From assembly GCA_044463185.1 (NCBI GenBank), contig JBIQMQ010000006.1:1-34466 (forward strand): a stretch of 34,466 nucleotides of DNA. The letters run 5' to 3'. A program made the translations under genes and the position numbers. Origin of the DNA: Nakamurella lactea (GTDB taxonomy: Bacteria; Actinomycetota; Actinomycetes; Mycobacteriales; Nakamurellaceae). Positions within the stretch are counted from its first letter, which is position 1. Each line of letters starts with the position of its first letter. The notes under the pieces were generated by a model. That model searched no databases and was not told where the DNA came from. It was given only the letters and a program-made list of their open reading frames with translations. Positions 1 to 9,382 of the stretch are shown here, piece by piece.

Positions 1-389
1 GGCGGGGCCGCGGGCGGCGTCCGGTCTGCCGCGGCCGGAGCCGGGGCGGGTGCGGCGGCCGCCGGAGCCTTCTGCTCCGCGGCGGGCGTCGCCGCTGCCG
101 CAGGCCGGCTCTCCGGGGCCGGCGCAGCTTCGGCGCGCTGTTGGGGCGCGGCCTTCTGCGTGGGCGCCGCGCTGGAACGGGCGTCGCCCTTCGACTGCCC
201 GTCGGTGGCTGCCCCGTCCGCGGACGGGGCAGCGGGGAACGCCGCGCGCAACTTGCGCACGACGGGTGCTTCAATGGTCGACGATGCCGATTTGACGAAT
301 TCGCCGAGCTCGTTCAGCTTCGCGATCACGTCCTTGCTGGTTTGACCCAGCTCCTTCGCGATCGTGCTGACGCGGACCTTGCCTGCCAC
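1..389 (-). CDS. infB: Translation initiation factor IF-2, N-terminal part (runs off the window's left edge)
   Basis: Not in the ORF track. Manual translation from GTG at 389 gives [48 protein letters not shown] followed by an Ala/Pro-rich linker, the typical actinobacterial IF-2 N-terminus. SD AAGGAG at 394-399; lies downstream of nusA-ylxR. Confidence 0.96.
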   Translation of the reverse strand, partial: MAGKVRVSTIAKELGQTSKDVIAKLNELGEFVKSASSTIEAPVVRKLRAAFPAAPSADGAATDGQSKGDARSSAAPTQKAAPQQRAEAAPAPESRPAAAATPAAEQKAPAAAAPAPAPAAADRTPPAAP

Positions 390-400
390 TGCTCTCCTTC

Positions 401-432
401 ACGGGAGGCCTGGCTGGTCCGCCGGGCCTCGT
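401..432 (-). promoter_or_regulatory. GC-rich hairpin immediately 5' of the infB Shine-Dalgarno
   Basis: mRNA reads ACG-AGGCC-C-GGC-[GGACCA]-GCC-A-GGCCT-CC-CGT and then GAAGGAG directly. Confidence 0.6.
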
Positions 433-538
433 CTATCGGTGGGCGCTGCTCATCGGAAAAGCTTCACAGCGTACTCACGTTGGGTCGACCTCATTCCCTG
501 TAACTGCGCGGACCGATTGCCTGCGCGTACCGGTACAT
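433..538 (-). other. Chain of overlapping upstream mini-ORFs in the infB leader
   Basis: 538-491 MYRYAQAIGPRSYRE*; 494-450 MRSTQREYAVKLFR*; 478-464 MSTL* (GTG); 467-450 MKLFR* (GTG); 453-433 MSSAHR*. Linked by ATGA/GTGA overlaps at 491-494, 464-467 and 450-453. Confidence 0.55.
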
Positions 539-576
539 CCCTACTGCCGCCGGCGGCGGCAGTCGTCCTCCAGCCC

Positions 577-855
577 CTACCCGGCCGCGATGAAACGGCG
601 GATCGGCGCCACGTCCAGGCACTTCGCTCCGGGAAATGCCCGGTCGAACGCCCGGCGTTGCCCTGCGAGTTCGACGCACCCCTCGCTGGGGTGCACCCAC
701 GCTCCTCTGCCGGGCAGCCTGCGACGCGGATCGGGCACTAGTTGCCCGTCCGCGACGACAACTCGCAGTAATTCTACGTCCCGGCATCGCCTGCGACAGC
801 CGACGCAGGTTCGAGTCGGGCTTCCGCCGGTCTTACCCACGTCAATCCGCCGCAC
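577..855 (-). CDS. ylxR: YlxR/DUF448 family RNA-binding protein (start may be GTG at 840)
   Basis: RTCVGCR...ELLRVV...PGRGAWVHP...C motifs; located between nusA and infB. Confidence 0.9.
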   Translation of the reverse strand: MRRIDVGKTGGSPTRTCVGCRRRCRDVELLRVVVADGQLVPDPRRRLPGRGAWVHPSEGCVELAGQRRAFDRAFPGAKCLDVAPIRRFIAAG

Positions 856-919
856 GGATCACCATGACTGCCCACCACATGACTGCGGCGCAACCATCAC
901 GCGGGACGCGTCAACCATC

Positions 920-1933
920 CTAGCCTGCCGACGGGCCGCCGACGGGCGCGGCTCGCCCGGCCTCCGCATCGCTGCGGATATCGATGCGCCATCCAGTGAG
1001 CCGTGCGGCGAGCCGGGCGTTCTGCCCCTCCTTGCCGATCGCCAGCGACAACTGGAAGTCCGGCACGACGACCCGGGCGGCCCGCGCGCGTTCGTCGATC
1101 ACCGTGACCGACACGGTCTGCGCAGGTGAAAGAGCGTTGCCCACGAACGTGGCCGGGTCCTCGTGGTAGTCGATGATGTCGATCTTCTCGCCGCCGAGCT
1201 CGCTCATCACGGCCCGCACCCGCGCGCCCATCGGGCCGATGCATGCCCCCTTTGCGTTGAGGTCCGGGTCCTTGGCGGCCACGGCGATCTTGGTGCGATG
1301 GCCGGCCTCTCGCGCCACGGCGACGATCTCCACCGAACCGTCGGCGACCTCGGGCACCTCCAGCGCGAACAGCTTGCGCACCAGGTTGGGGTGCGTGCGC
1401 GACAACGTGATCTGCGGCCCGCGCAGGCCACGCACCACGGACACCACGTAGCACTTGATGCGCTGCCCGTGCACGTAACTCTCGCCGGGAACCTGTTCCC
1501 CGGCCGGGATCACGCCCTCGACATCCCCGAGGCTGACCACGACGACGCCCTTCGCGTTCGCCCGGGCATCCGTGGTGACGGTGCCGGTGATCAGGTCGTG
1601 CTCCTTGCCGGCGAAATCGCCGAAGGTCCGCTCGTTGTCGACGTCGCGCAGCCGCTGCAGGATCACCTGTCGCGCCGTGGTCGCAGCGATCCGGCCGAAG
1701 TCGGCGGGCGTGTCCTCCCATTCGTCGACGACGGTGCCGTCCGGGCCGATCTCCTGGGCGAGGATGCGGATTTCGCCGGACTTGCGGTCCACCTCCGCAC
1801 GGGCATGCGGGTTGTAGTGATCGGTGTGCCGATAGGCGGAGAGCAGCGCGGTCTCCAAGGTGCGGATGAGGTCGTCGAACCCGATGCCCTTGTCCCGCTC
1901 GATCATCCGCAACGCGGCGATGTCGACGTTCAT
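920..1933 (-). CDS. nusA: Transcription termination/antitermination factor NusA
   Basis: MNVDIAALR start; [19 protein letters not shown]1 domain and KH motifs ([37 protein letters not shown]). ATG overlaps the rimP stop (ATGA, 1930-1933). Confidence 0.98.
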   Translation of the reverse strand: MNVDIAALRMIERDKGIGFDDLIRTLETALLSAYRHTDHYNPHARAEVDRKSGEIRILAQEIGPDGTVVDEWEDTPADFGRIAATTARQVILQRLRDVDNERTFGDFAGKEHDLITGTVTTDARANAKGVVVVSLGDVEGVIPAGEQVPGESYVHGQRIKCYVVSVVRGLRGPQITLSRTHPNLVRKLFALEVPEVADGSVEIVAVAREAGHRTKIAVAAKDPDLNAKGACIGPMGARVRAVMSELGGEKIDIIDYHEDPATFVGNALSPAQTVSVTVIDERARAARVVVPDFQLSLAIGKEGQNARLAARLTGWRIDIRSDAEAGRAAPVGGPSAG

Positions 1934-2532
1934 CGCGCATCGTCTCCTTCGATCCCCGGTGCGTCGCCGTCCGACGCAGCATGTTCGTCCCCCGCCCAGG
2001 CCCGCAGCGCCGCGGCCACCGGCTCGGGCGGCAACGCGAACTCCACCTCCACCTTCGCGCTGGCCACCTCGGCCAGCGGCAGGGTGAGCGGTGTCACGCC
2101 GTCCGGCCCAGTGAGCAGCACCAGATTCGCGTCGTCGCATCGCGCGATGCGGGCGCTGAGCAGGCTGCCGTCGGTGCGCACCACGGTGACCGTCCGCCCT
2201 GCAGCCCGGCGGAAATGACGCGGCGCGCGCAGCGGGGCCCCCACGCCGCGGCTGGTGATCTCCAGGACGTACGGAGATTCGCCGACGACTGCGTCATACT
2301 CGGTGTCCAGGGCGGCGGAGATGTCTCTGCTGAGGGACGCGGCCGCATCGAGATCCACCCCGGTGTCGCGGTCCACCACGACCCGGATCTGCCGCCGGCC
2401 GCCGGACAGGCGCACCGCGACATCGTCCACGTCGAAACCGGCGCGGGTCGCCAACGTCGTGACGGCCTCGCGCACCGCCTCGTCACGCGGGGGCCCGCTG
2501 GTTCGTGAGCCGGAGCCGTCGCCGCGCGCCAT
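1930..2532 (-). CDS. rimP: Ribosome maturation factor RimP
   Basis: [12 protein letters not shown]...SRDISAALD...[14 protein letters not shown]...HFRRAAGR; SD GGGAGG upstream of ATG 2532; precedes nusA. Confidence 0.93.
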   Translation of the reverse strand: MARGDGSGSRTSGPPRDEAVREAVTTLATRAGFDVDDVAVRLSGGRRQIRVVVDRDTGVDLDAAASLSRDISAALDTEYDAVVGESPYVLEITSRGVGAPLRAPRHFRRAAGRTVTVVRTDGSLLSARIARCDDANLVLLTGPDGVTPLTLPLAEVASAKVEVEFALPPEPVAAALRAWAGDEHAASDGDAPGIEGDDAR

Positions 2533-2706
2533 CGCGCATCCCTCCCGCCTGTGCAGTTGTCGCCGTGCCGCTGTTGTCGCCGTGCTGTCCGTCCACGCTG
2601 GGCCGCGGCGTGTCGGCATTAGCCTATCGGCAGTTCTCGCGCCGCGTCACCCGCAGCGCGACACGCGCCGTCGCGGGACGGCGGGCGGCCCTGACATGAT
2701 GGTGAG

Positions 2707-3240
2707 GTGCAATCGCCTCCATCGAGACCGCTGAGCCGTCGTGCGCTCCTCGGCGCCACGGGAGTCGGTGTGCTCGCCGCGCTGGCGGGATGCAATCCGT
2801 TCAGCAGCGCTCCGACGACGATCACCGTCACGGCACCGTCGACTACGACGTCACAGGCCCCGGCCAACCCGACCGTGCTCCTCGGGCTGATCTTCACGAC
2901 CCGGTTGCACGTCGCGAACCTGACGGCCGCGATCGCGGTCGACGCCCGCGACGCCGCGGTACTCACGATGCTGCTGAACGACCGGACGGCGCACCTCACG
3001 GCCCTGGAGGACGAGTACACCAGGCAGTTCGGGACGGCGCCGTCCGCCGACACCACGGCGCCGTCCACCACCTCCGCGCAGTCGGACGACCCCGACGAGG
3101 TCATCGGCCGGATCCGCGGCGACGCGTCCACCGCGCAGAACAAGTTCACCGACGCGCTGGCCACGGCGTCCCGCTTCCAGGCGCAGCTCTACGGCTCCAT
3201 CGCCGCGTGCGTCGCGACCCATCGGATGGTGCTGGCATGA
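2707..3240 (+). CDS. Putative Tat-exported lipoprotein (Rv2843-like)
   Basis: Twin-arginine SRRALLG, hydrophobic stretch and lipobox LAGC; C-terminal LYGSIAACVATH; conserved position divergent from rimP. Confidence 0.75.
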   Translation: MQSPPSRPLSRRALLGATGVGVLAALAGCNPFSSAPTTITVTAPSTTTSQAPANPTVLLGLIFTTRLHVANLTAAIAVDARDAAVLTMLLNDRTAHLTALEDEYTRQFGTAPSADTTAPSTTSAQSDDPDEVIGRIRGDASTAQNKFTDALATASRFQAQLYGSIAACVATHRMVLA

Positions 3241-3749
3241 GCAGCGCATGGGGCCGGGAGAATGGCGCCGACCAGACGGACACCGGCGACACACCCCCCG
3301 GTGGCACCCTCGGCGCGGACACCATCGACGCGCTGCAGACCGCGCTGGCCGCCGAACACGCCGCCCTGTGGGCGTACGGCCTGGTGGCCGCCTACAACAC
3401 CGAGGCGGCCAGCACCGTCACGACGATGGTCATCAACCACCAGGGCGCGCGGGACACCGCCGCGAACCTGATCGTGCAAGGCGGCGCGACCCCGGTCGGG
3501 CCGCACCCGGCGTACACCAGCCCGCACCCGGTCACCGACGCCGCGACCGCGGTGGACCTCGCGCTGACCATCGAATCCGACTGTGCCGACGCGTGGCGCG
3601 CGGTGATCGGCGCCACCGACGACTCGACGCTGCGCGGCACGGCACTGTCGGTACTCACCGACGCCGCGATGCGGATGGTCACCTGGCGCACGGCCGGCGG
3701 CGACACGACCGTGACGGTGCCGTTCCCGGGCGACCCGCAGATGAGCTGA
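3237..3749 (+). CDS. DUF4439 ferritin-like domain protein (Rv2844-like)
   Basis: ALQTALAAEHAALWAYGLV...ESDCADAWRAV...VPFPG; ATGA-coupled to the upstream lipoprotein gene. Confidence 0.85.
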   Translation: MSSAWGRENGADQTDTGDTPPGGTLGADTIDALQTALAAEHAALWAYGLVAAYNTEAASTVTTMVINHQGARDTAANLIVQGGATPVGPHPAYTSPHPVTDAATAVDLALTIESDCADAWRAVIGATDDSTLRGTALSVLTDAAMRMVTWRTAGGDTTVTVPFPGDPQMS

Positions 3750-3760
3750 CGGCCGCGCCG

Positions 3761-5530
3761 TCAGCGCGCGATGGCCTCCCAGATCCGGGCGAGGGCCTCG
3801 CCCACGGGCACATCCGTTCGGTCGCCGCTGGCCCGGTCACGCACCTCCACGACGCCGTCCTTAAGGCCGCGCCCGACCACCACGATGGTCGGCACGCCGA
3901 TCAGCTCCGCGTCGGCGAACTTCACGCCGGGAGACGCGTCGCGATCGTCGAGCATCACCTCGACGCCGGCCTCGGACAGCCCGGCGGCGATGCGCTCGGC
4001 GGCATCGCGGATGTCGTCACCCTTGCCGGCGATCACGAGGTGCACGTCGGCCGGCGCGACCTCCCGGGGCCAGACCAACCCTTTGTCGTCGTAGGTGTTC
4101 TCCGCGATCGCGGCCACCGCGCGGGACACGCCGATGCCGTAGGAACCCATGGTGACCGTGACCAGCGCGCCGTGCTCGTCCAGCACCTGCAGCCCCAGCG
4201 CGTCCGCGTATTTGCGGCCGAGCTGGAAGATGTGGCCCATCTCGATGCCACGCGCGCTCTCCAGCGGCGCGCCGCAGACCGGGCAGGCGTCGCCGTCCCG
4301 GACCTCCGCGGCCTGGATAGTGCCGTCGGCGGTGAAGTCGCGCCCCGCCACCAGGCCGATCACGTGGTGGCCGGCCGAGTCGGCGCCCGTCACCCAGGCC
4401 GTGCCGTCCGCGACGCGCGGGTCGACCAGGTAGCGGATACCCGTCGACGACGTGGATCCCAGGACGCCGGGGCCCACGTAGCCCTTGGCCAGCGCGGGGT
4501 GGGCCGCGAAGTCCGCCTCGGAGAACGGCACCACCTCGGCGGGCGACACCTGCGCCTCCAGCCGCTTCATGTCGACCTCGCGGTCACCGGGCACTCCGAT
4601 CGCCAGCGGCGTCGTGGAGCCATCCGGTTGGTGCAGCACCACCAGCAGGTTCTTCAGCGTGTCGGCCGCCGTCCACGCCCGTCCGTCGGCACGCGGATGC
4701 GACGCGTTGAGCAGGTCCACCAGGGTCTCGATGGTGGGCGTGTCGGGGGTGTCCTCGACCCGGGCTGCCGGCAGCGCAGCGATCTCGTCGGGTGTCAGCG
4801 CGGCAGGCGCGGGCACCGTCACCGCCTCCACGTTCGCGGCGTAGTCGCAGGCCGTGCACCTCACGTACGTGTCCTCGCCGACCGCCGCCTCGGCCAGGAA
4901 CTCCTCGGACTTGGATCCGCCCATCGCGCCGGCCATGGCGGAGACGATGGCGTACTTGAAGCCGAGCCGGTCGAAGATCCTGATGTACGCCTCGCGGTGC
5001 CGCTGGTAGGAGGCGTCCAGGCCGGCGTCGTCGATGTCGAACGAGTACGAGTCCTTCATCACGAATTCGCGGCCGCGCAGGATCCCGGCGCGTGGCCGGG
5101 CTTCGTCGCGGTATTTGGTCTGGATCTGGTACAGCGCCAGCGGGAGCTGCTTGTAGGACGAGACGATGTCCTTGACCATAAGGGTGAACATCTCCTCGTG
5201 CGTCGGCCCGAGCAGATAGTCGCCCTTCTTGCGGTCCTTGAGCCGGAACAGGTTGTCGCCGTACTCGGTCCAACGGCCGGACGCCTCGTAGGGCTCACGC
5301 GGCAGCAGCGCCGGGAAGTGCACCTCCTGCGAAATCTTGTCCATCTCCTCGCGGACGATCGCCTCGATCTTGCGGTACACACGGTAGCCGAGCGGCATCC
5401 ACGAGTAGATGCCCGGCGCTGCCCGGCGGATGTAGCCGGCGCGGGTCAGCAGCCGATGGCTGGGCACCTCGGCGTCCGCCGGGTCCTCCCGCAGGGTGCG
5501 CAGGAACAGGGTGGACAGGCGTGTGATCAC
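3761..5530 (-). CDS. proS: Proline--tRNA ligase (bacterial type with editing insertion domain)
   Basis: [63 protein letters not shown]; SD AAGGAG at 5540-5545, GTG start at 5530. Confidence 0.98.
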   Translation of the reverse strand: MITRLSTLFLRTLREDPADAEVPSHRLLTRAGYIRRAAPGIYSWMPLGYRVYRKIEAIVREEMDKISQEVHFPALLPREPYEASGRWTEYGDNLFRLKDRKKGDYLLGPTHEEMFTLMVKDIVSSYKQLPLALYQIQTKYRDEARPRAGILRGREFVMKDSYSFDIDDAGLDASYQRHREAYIRIFDRLGFKYAIVSAMAGAMGGSKSEEFLAEAAVGEDTYVRCTACDYAANVEAVTVPAPAALTPDEIAALPAARVEDTPDTPTIETLVDLLNASHPRADGRAWTAADTLKNLLVVLHQPDGSTTPLAIGVPGDREVDMKRLEAQVSPAEVVPFSEADFAAHPALAKGYVGPGVLGSTSSTGIRYLVDPRVADGTAWVTGADSAGHHVIGLVAGRDFTADGTIQAAEVRDGDACPVCGAPLESARGIEMGHIFQLGRKYADALGLQVLDEHGALVTVTMGSYGIGVSRAVAAIAENTYDDKGLVWPREVAPADVHLVIAGKGDDIRDAAERIAAGLSEAGVEVMLDDRDASPGVKFADAELIGVPTIVVVGRGLKDGVVEVRDRASGDRTDVPVGEALARIWEAIAR

Positions 5531-5698
5531 GTGACCGGACTCCTTAGCGACGGTGATGGTGTGGGACGCCCATGACGCCGCCCCGGGCAGCGCCTGCACC
5601 CGAAGGACGGCCCGCCATAGCTTAGTCCGGGCTGGTGCCGGGCTCGCCGCGGACCGCGCTCCGGATGCTGATGAGCGCCGTCGGTAAGCTCGGTCCCC

Positions 5699-6436
5699 GT
5701 GCTCGTGCTGCTGCCCCCGTCGGAGACCAAGGCGCCGGGCGGCAACGGGCCTGCGCTCGACCTGGATGCGCTGCTGTGGCCGGGACTGCGCGGCACCCGG
5801 TCGACGCTGGTGGATGCGGTGGCGGCACTGGCCGGCGATCTGCCGTCGGCCCGGGCGGCGCTCCAGGTCTCCGCCGGCAAGGATGACGATATTCGCGGCA
5901 ATGCGCTCGTCCGCACCGCACCGACGCTGCCCGCACTCGACCGCTACACCGGGGTGCTCTACGACGCGCTCGAGGTGGCGTCCATGAGCCGCGCCGAGCG
6001 GTCCCGCGCCGCGAGCCGCATCATCGTGGCGTCGGCACTGTTCGGCGCGGTGCGAGCCTCCGATCGGATTCCGTCGTACCGGCTCTCGGCCGGGACGGTG
6101 CTGCCGGGGCTCGGCACCGTGGCACCGCTGTGGCGGCGGGTGGTCGAGCCGATGTTCGCCGATCTGGACGCGCCGGTGCTCGATCTGCGCTCGGGGGCGT
6201 ACGCGACCTTCGGTCGGGTGCCCGGCGCTATCACGGCGCGGGTCGTGACTCGGCAGCCGGACGGGCGGCTCACGGTCGTGTCGCACTTCAACAAGGCCAC
6301 CAAGGGGCGGCTGGCACGCGTGGTCGCCACGGCGCCGCGGGAGCCCTCGTCGCTCCGGTCCGTGCTGAGCCTGGCGCGCGGCGCCGGGCTCGCCGCCGAG
6401 CAGACCGGGCCGGCGTCGCTGCAAATCGTCACCTGA
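5699..6436 (+). CDS. yaaA: Peroxide stress protein YaaA (UPF0246)
   Basis: [48 protein letters not shown] motifs. Confidence 0.93.
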   Translation: MLVLLPPSETKAPGGNGPALDLDALLWPGLRGTRSTLVDAVAALAGDLPSARAALQVSAGKDDDIRGNALVRTAPTLPALDRYTGVLYDALEVASMSRAERSRAASRIIVASALFGAVRASDRIPSYRLSAGTVLPGLGTVAPLWRRVVEPMFADLDAPVLDLRSGAYATFGRVPGAITARVVTRQPDGRLTVVSHFNKATKGRLARVVATAPREPSSLRSVLSLARGAGLAAEQTGPASLQIVT

Positions 6437-6504
6437 ACCTCGACCGCCCCGCGGTCACGCACCGGGTGCCGGGCCGGCGTTGAGGCTCGTAGTAGCGTCG
6501 CACC

Positions 6505-7047
6505 ATGAGTCTCGACCGACCTGTCTCCCCCGACCCGTACCCGCTCCTCCCCGCAGTGGCGTCATTCCAGGTGAGCTCGACGGATATCGCCGACGGAGCG
6601 CCTGTCCCGCTCACCCACGCCTACGGGCCGGGCGAGCCCGGCGGGCAGAACCGCTCGCCGCAGCTGGCCTGGTCCGGTTTCCCGGGCGACACGAAATCCT
6701 TCGTGGTGACGTGCTTCGACCCGGACGCGCCGACTCCGTCCGGTTTCTGGCACTGGCTGGCGGTGGACATTCCGGCGTCCGTGACGGAGCTGGCGACCGA
6801 CGCGGGCCGCTCCGATCAGGCGCTGCCACCGGGCGCGTTCCATGTGCGCAACGACTTCGGCGACCTGCGATACGACGGCTGCGCCCCGCCGCGCGGTGAC
6901 CAGGTGCACCGCTACTTCTTCGTGGTGCACGCCGTGGACGTGCCGCACCTGGACGTCGACGCCGGCACCTCGCCGGCGGCGGTCTCGTTCAACCTGGCGT
7001 TCCACACACTGGCCCGCGCCATCCTGGTCGGCACGTTCGCGCACTGA
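6505..7047 (+). CDS. YbhB/YbcL family Raf kinase inhibitor-like (PEBP) protein
   Basis: SPQLAWSG, DPDAPTPSGFWHW, RNDFG, HRYFFVVHA motifs. Confidence 0.93.
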   Translation: MSLDRPVSPDPYPLLPAVASFQVSSTDIADGAPVPLTHAYGPGEPGGQNRSPQLAWSGFPGDTKSFVVTCFDPDAPTPSGFWHWLAVDIPASVTELATDAGRSDQALPPGAFHVRNDFGDLRYDGCAPPRGDQVHRYFFVVHAVDVPHLDVDAGTSPAAVSFNLAFHTLARAILVGTFAH

Positions 7048-7090
7048 CCGCACGCACCACCGGTCGCCGGCGCCGCCTAGCCTGGACGGC

Positions 7091-8497
7091 ATGGCCCACT
7101 ACGACCTCGTCATCATCGGCACCGGCTCGGGCAACTCGATCCCCGGCCCGGAATTCGACGACTGGAGCATCGCGATCGTCGAAGCCGGCACGTTCGGCGG
7201 CACCTGCCTGAACGTCGGCTGTATCCCGTCGAAGATGTTCGAGTACCCCGCGGAGATCGCCGACGCGCTCCGCGGCGCCGACGACCTCGGCGTGTACGGC
7301 GGCATCGACAAGGTCGACTGGCCGGCCATCCGCGACCGGATCTTCGGCCGGATCGACCCGATCGCCGTGTCCGGCAAGCAGTACCGCGAGGGGCCGGAGT
7401 GCCCTAACGTCACCGTCTACACCGGGACTGGCCGGTTCACCGGGCACAAGCGCATGACCGTCGTCCTGACGGACGGATCCGCCGCCGAAATCACCGCCGA
7501 CCGCTTCGTGCTGGCCGCCGGCTCACGCGCCGTCGCCCCGGATATCCCGGGCCTGGACTCGGTGACGTACCACACCTCGGACAGCGTCATGCGCATCGAT
7601 GCCGTGCCCGCGCGGACCTTGATCGTCGGCGGGGGCTACATCGCCGCGGAGTTCGGCCACATCTTCGCCTCGTTCGGCTCGCAGGTCACCCAGGTTGCGC
7701 GCGGCGACACGCTGCTGCGTCATCTGGACGCGGAGATCTCGCAGCGCTACACGGACGTCGCCCAGGCGCGGTACGACGTGCGTCTGGGCAGCAGGGTCAC
7801 CTCGGTGACGCCGTCGGCGGGCGGGCATGACGCCGTCCTCGCGGAGGTCACCGGCCCGGACGGCCGGGCCGAGACCGTCGAGGCCGATCTGCTGCTGGTC
7901 GCCACCGGCCGCCGGCCGAACGGGGACGAACTCGGTGTCGCGGCGACCGGGGTGGAGCTCGACGCCGAGGGTTACGTGGTGGTCGACGAACACCAGCAGA
8001 CCGCGGTGCCCGGGATCTGGGCGCTCGGCGACATCTGCTCGCACCACCAGCTCAAGCACGTCGCGAACCACGAGGCCAGGGTCGTGGCGCACAACCTCGC
8101 GCATCCGGACGCGCCGGTGGAGGCCGATCACCGCTTCGTCCCGGCGGCGGTGTTCACCCACCCGCAGATCGCGACCGCGGGGCTGAGCGAGCAAGAGGCG
8201 CAGGCCGGCGGGATCCCGTATGTGGCAGGCAGGCGTGACTACGGTGGCGTGGCGGCCGGCTGGGCGCGGGAGGACACCACCGGCTTCTGCAAGGTGCTGG
8301 CCGACCCGTCGACCGGGTTGCTGCTCGGGGTGCACATCATCGGGCCGGAGGCGGCCACAGTGATCCAACCGGCGCTCACCGCGATGCATTTCGGCATCCC
8401 GGCCCACGAGCTGGCGCGCGGCCAGTACTGGATCCATCCCGCCCTGCCCGAGGTGCTGGAGAACGCGCTGCTGGACCTGCCGGAGCCGCGCGGTTAG
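7091..8497 (+). CDS. mtr: Mycothione reductase
   Basis: IIGTGSGNS, redox motif [55 protein letters not shown]. Confidence 0.94.
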   Translation: MAHYDLVIIGTGSGNSIPGPEFDDWSIAIVEAGTFGGTCLNVGCIPSKMFEYPAEIADALRGADDLGVYGGIDKVDWPAIRDRIFGRIDPIAVSGKQYREGPECPNVTVYTGTGRFTGHKRMTVVLTDGSAAEITADRFVLAAGSRAVAPDIPGLDSVTYHTSDSVMRIDAVPARTLIVGGGYIAAEFGHIFASFGSQVTQVARGDTLLRHLDAEISQRYTDVAQARYDVRLGSRVTSVTPSAGGHDAVLAEVTGPDGRAETVEADLLLVATGRRPNGDELGVAATGVELDAEGYVVVDEHQQTAVPGIWALGDICSHHQLKHVANHEARVVAHNLAHPDAPVEADHRFVPAAVFTHPQIATAGLSEQEAQAGGIPYVAGRRDYGGVAAGWAREDTTGFCKVLADPSTGLLLGVHIIGPEAATVIQPALTAMHFGIPAHELARGQYWIHPALPEVLENALLDLPEPRG

Positions 8498-9360
8498 GGG
8501 ATGGTGAGCACCTCGGCGCCGCTCTCGGTGACGACCAGGGTGTGCTCGAACTGGGCACTCCACGACTTGTCGCGGGTGGTGATCGTCCAGCCGTCGTCCC
8601 ACCGGTCCCAGTCGATGCCGCCGAGGGTGACCATGGGCTCGATGGTGAACGTCATGCCCGGCTCCATCACGGTCGTCGCGGCCGGATCGTCGTAGTGCGG
8701 AATTACCAGGCCGGAGTGGAAATCGCGCCCGATGCCATGGCCGGTGTAGTCGCGCACCAGCCCGTAGCCGAAGCGCTTGACGTACGACTCGATGACCCGG
8801 CCGATCACGTTGATCGCGCGGCCGGGCGCCACGGCTTTGATGCCGCGACGCAGCGCTTCGGCGGTGCGCTCGATGAGCAGCCAGTGCTCCTCGGCGATGT
8901 CCCCGGCCGGGTAGGTGGCGCAGGTGTCGCCGTGCACCCCGTCGATGTAGGCGGTGACGTCGATGTTGACGATGTCGCCCTCCTCGATGACGGTCGAGTC
9001 GGGGATGCCGTGGCAGATGACCTCGTTGAGCGACGTGCAGCAGGACTTGGGGAATCCGCGGTAGCCGAGGGTCGACGGGTACGCGCCGTGGTCGCACAGG
9101 TATTCGTGCACCACCGCGTCGATGGCGTCGGTAGTCACGCCGGGCTCGATGACCTTGGCGCCCTCGGCCATGGCGCGCGCCGCGAGGCGGGAGGCGACGC
9201 GCATCTTCTCCACCGTCTCCGGCGATTGCACGTACGAGCCGCCCTCGAGTGTGGGCCGGGGCTTTCCGACGTACTCGGGGCGGGCGATGGCAGGCGGCAC
9301 CTCGCGGGTGGGGCCCAGCTCGCCGGGAACCAGCGGGGCGCGGGTGACGGAATCGGGCAT
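8494..9360 (-). CDS. map: Type I methionine aminopeptidase (MapB-like)
   Basis: [59 protein letters not shown]. Confidence 0.97.
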   Translation of the reverse strand: MPDSVTRAPLVPGELGPTREVPPAIARPEYVGKPRPTLEGGSYVQSPETVEKMRVASRLAARAMAEGAKVIEPGVTTDAIDAVVHEYLCDHGAYPSTLGYRGFPKSCCTSLNEVICHGIPDSTVIEEGDIVNIDVTAYIDGVHGDTCATYPAGDIAEEHWLLIERTAEALRRGIKAVAPGRAINVIGRVIESYVKRFGYGLVRDYTGHGIGRDFHSGLVIPHYDDPAATTVMEPGMTFTIEPMVTLGGIDWDRWDDGWTITTRDKSWSAQFEHTLVVTESGAEVLTIP

Positions 9361-9382
9361 GGGTTCGAGCCTACGGCGGCGG

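Noticed and set aside
3248-5575. 775-aa plus-strand ORF and other long shadow ORFs (e.g. 11887-13932, 7523-9097, 19129-20613, 28484-29902)
   Set aside because: Antisense or alternate-frame shadows of clear genes; Arg/Gly/His-rich translations typical of high-GC codon bias, with no motifs.
5531-5625. T-box riboswitch upstream of proS
   Set aside because: Leader is under 100 nt and lacks the UGGNACC T-box bulge and Stem I features.
5531-6424. 298-aa N-terminal extension of ProS in the ORF track
   Set aside because: It is antisense to yaaA. The SD and the conserved N-terminus place the start at 5530.
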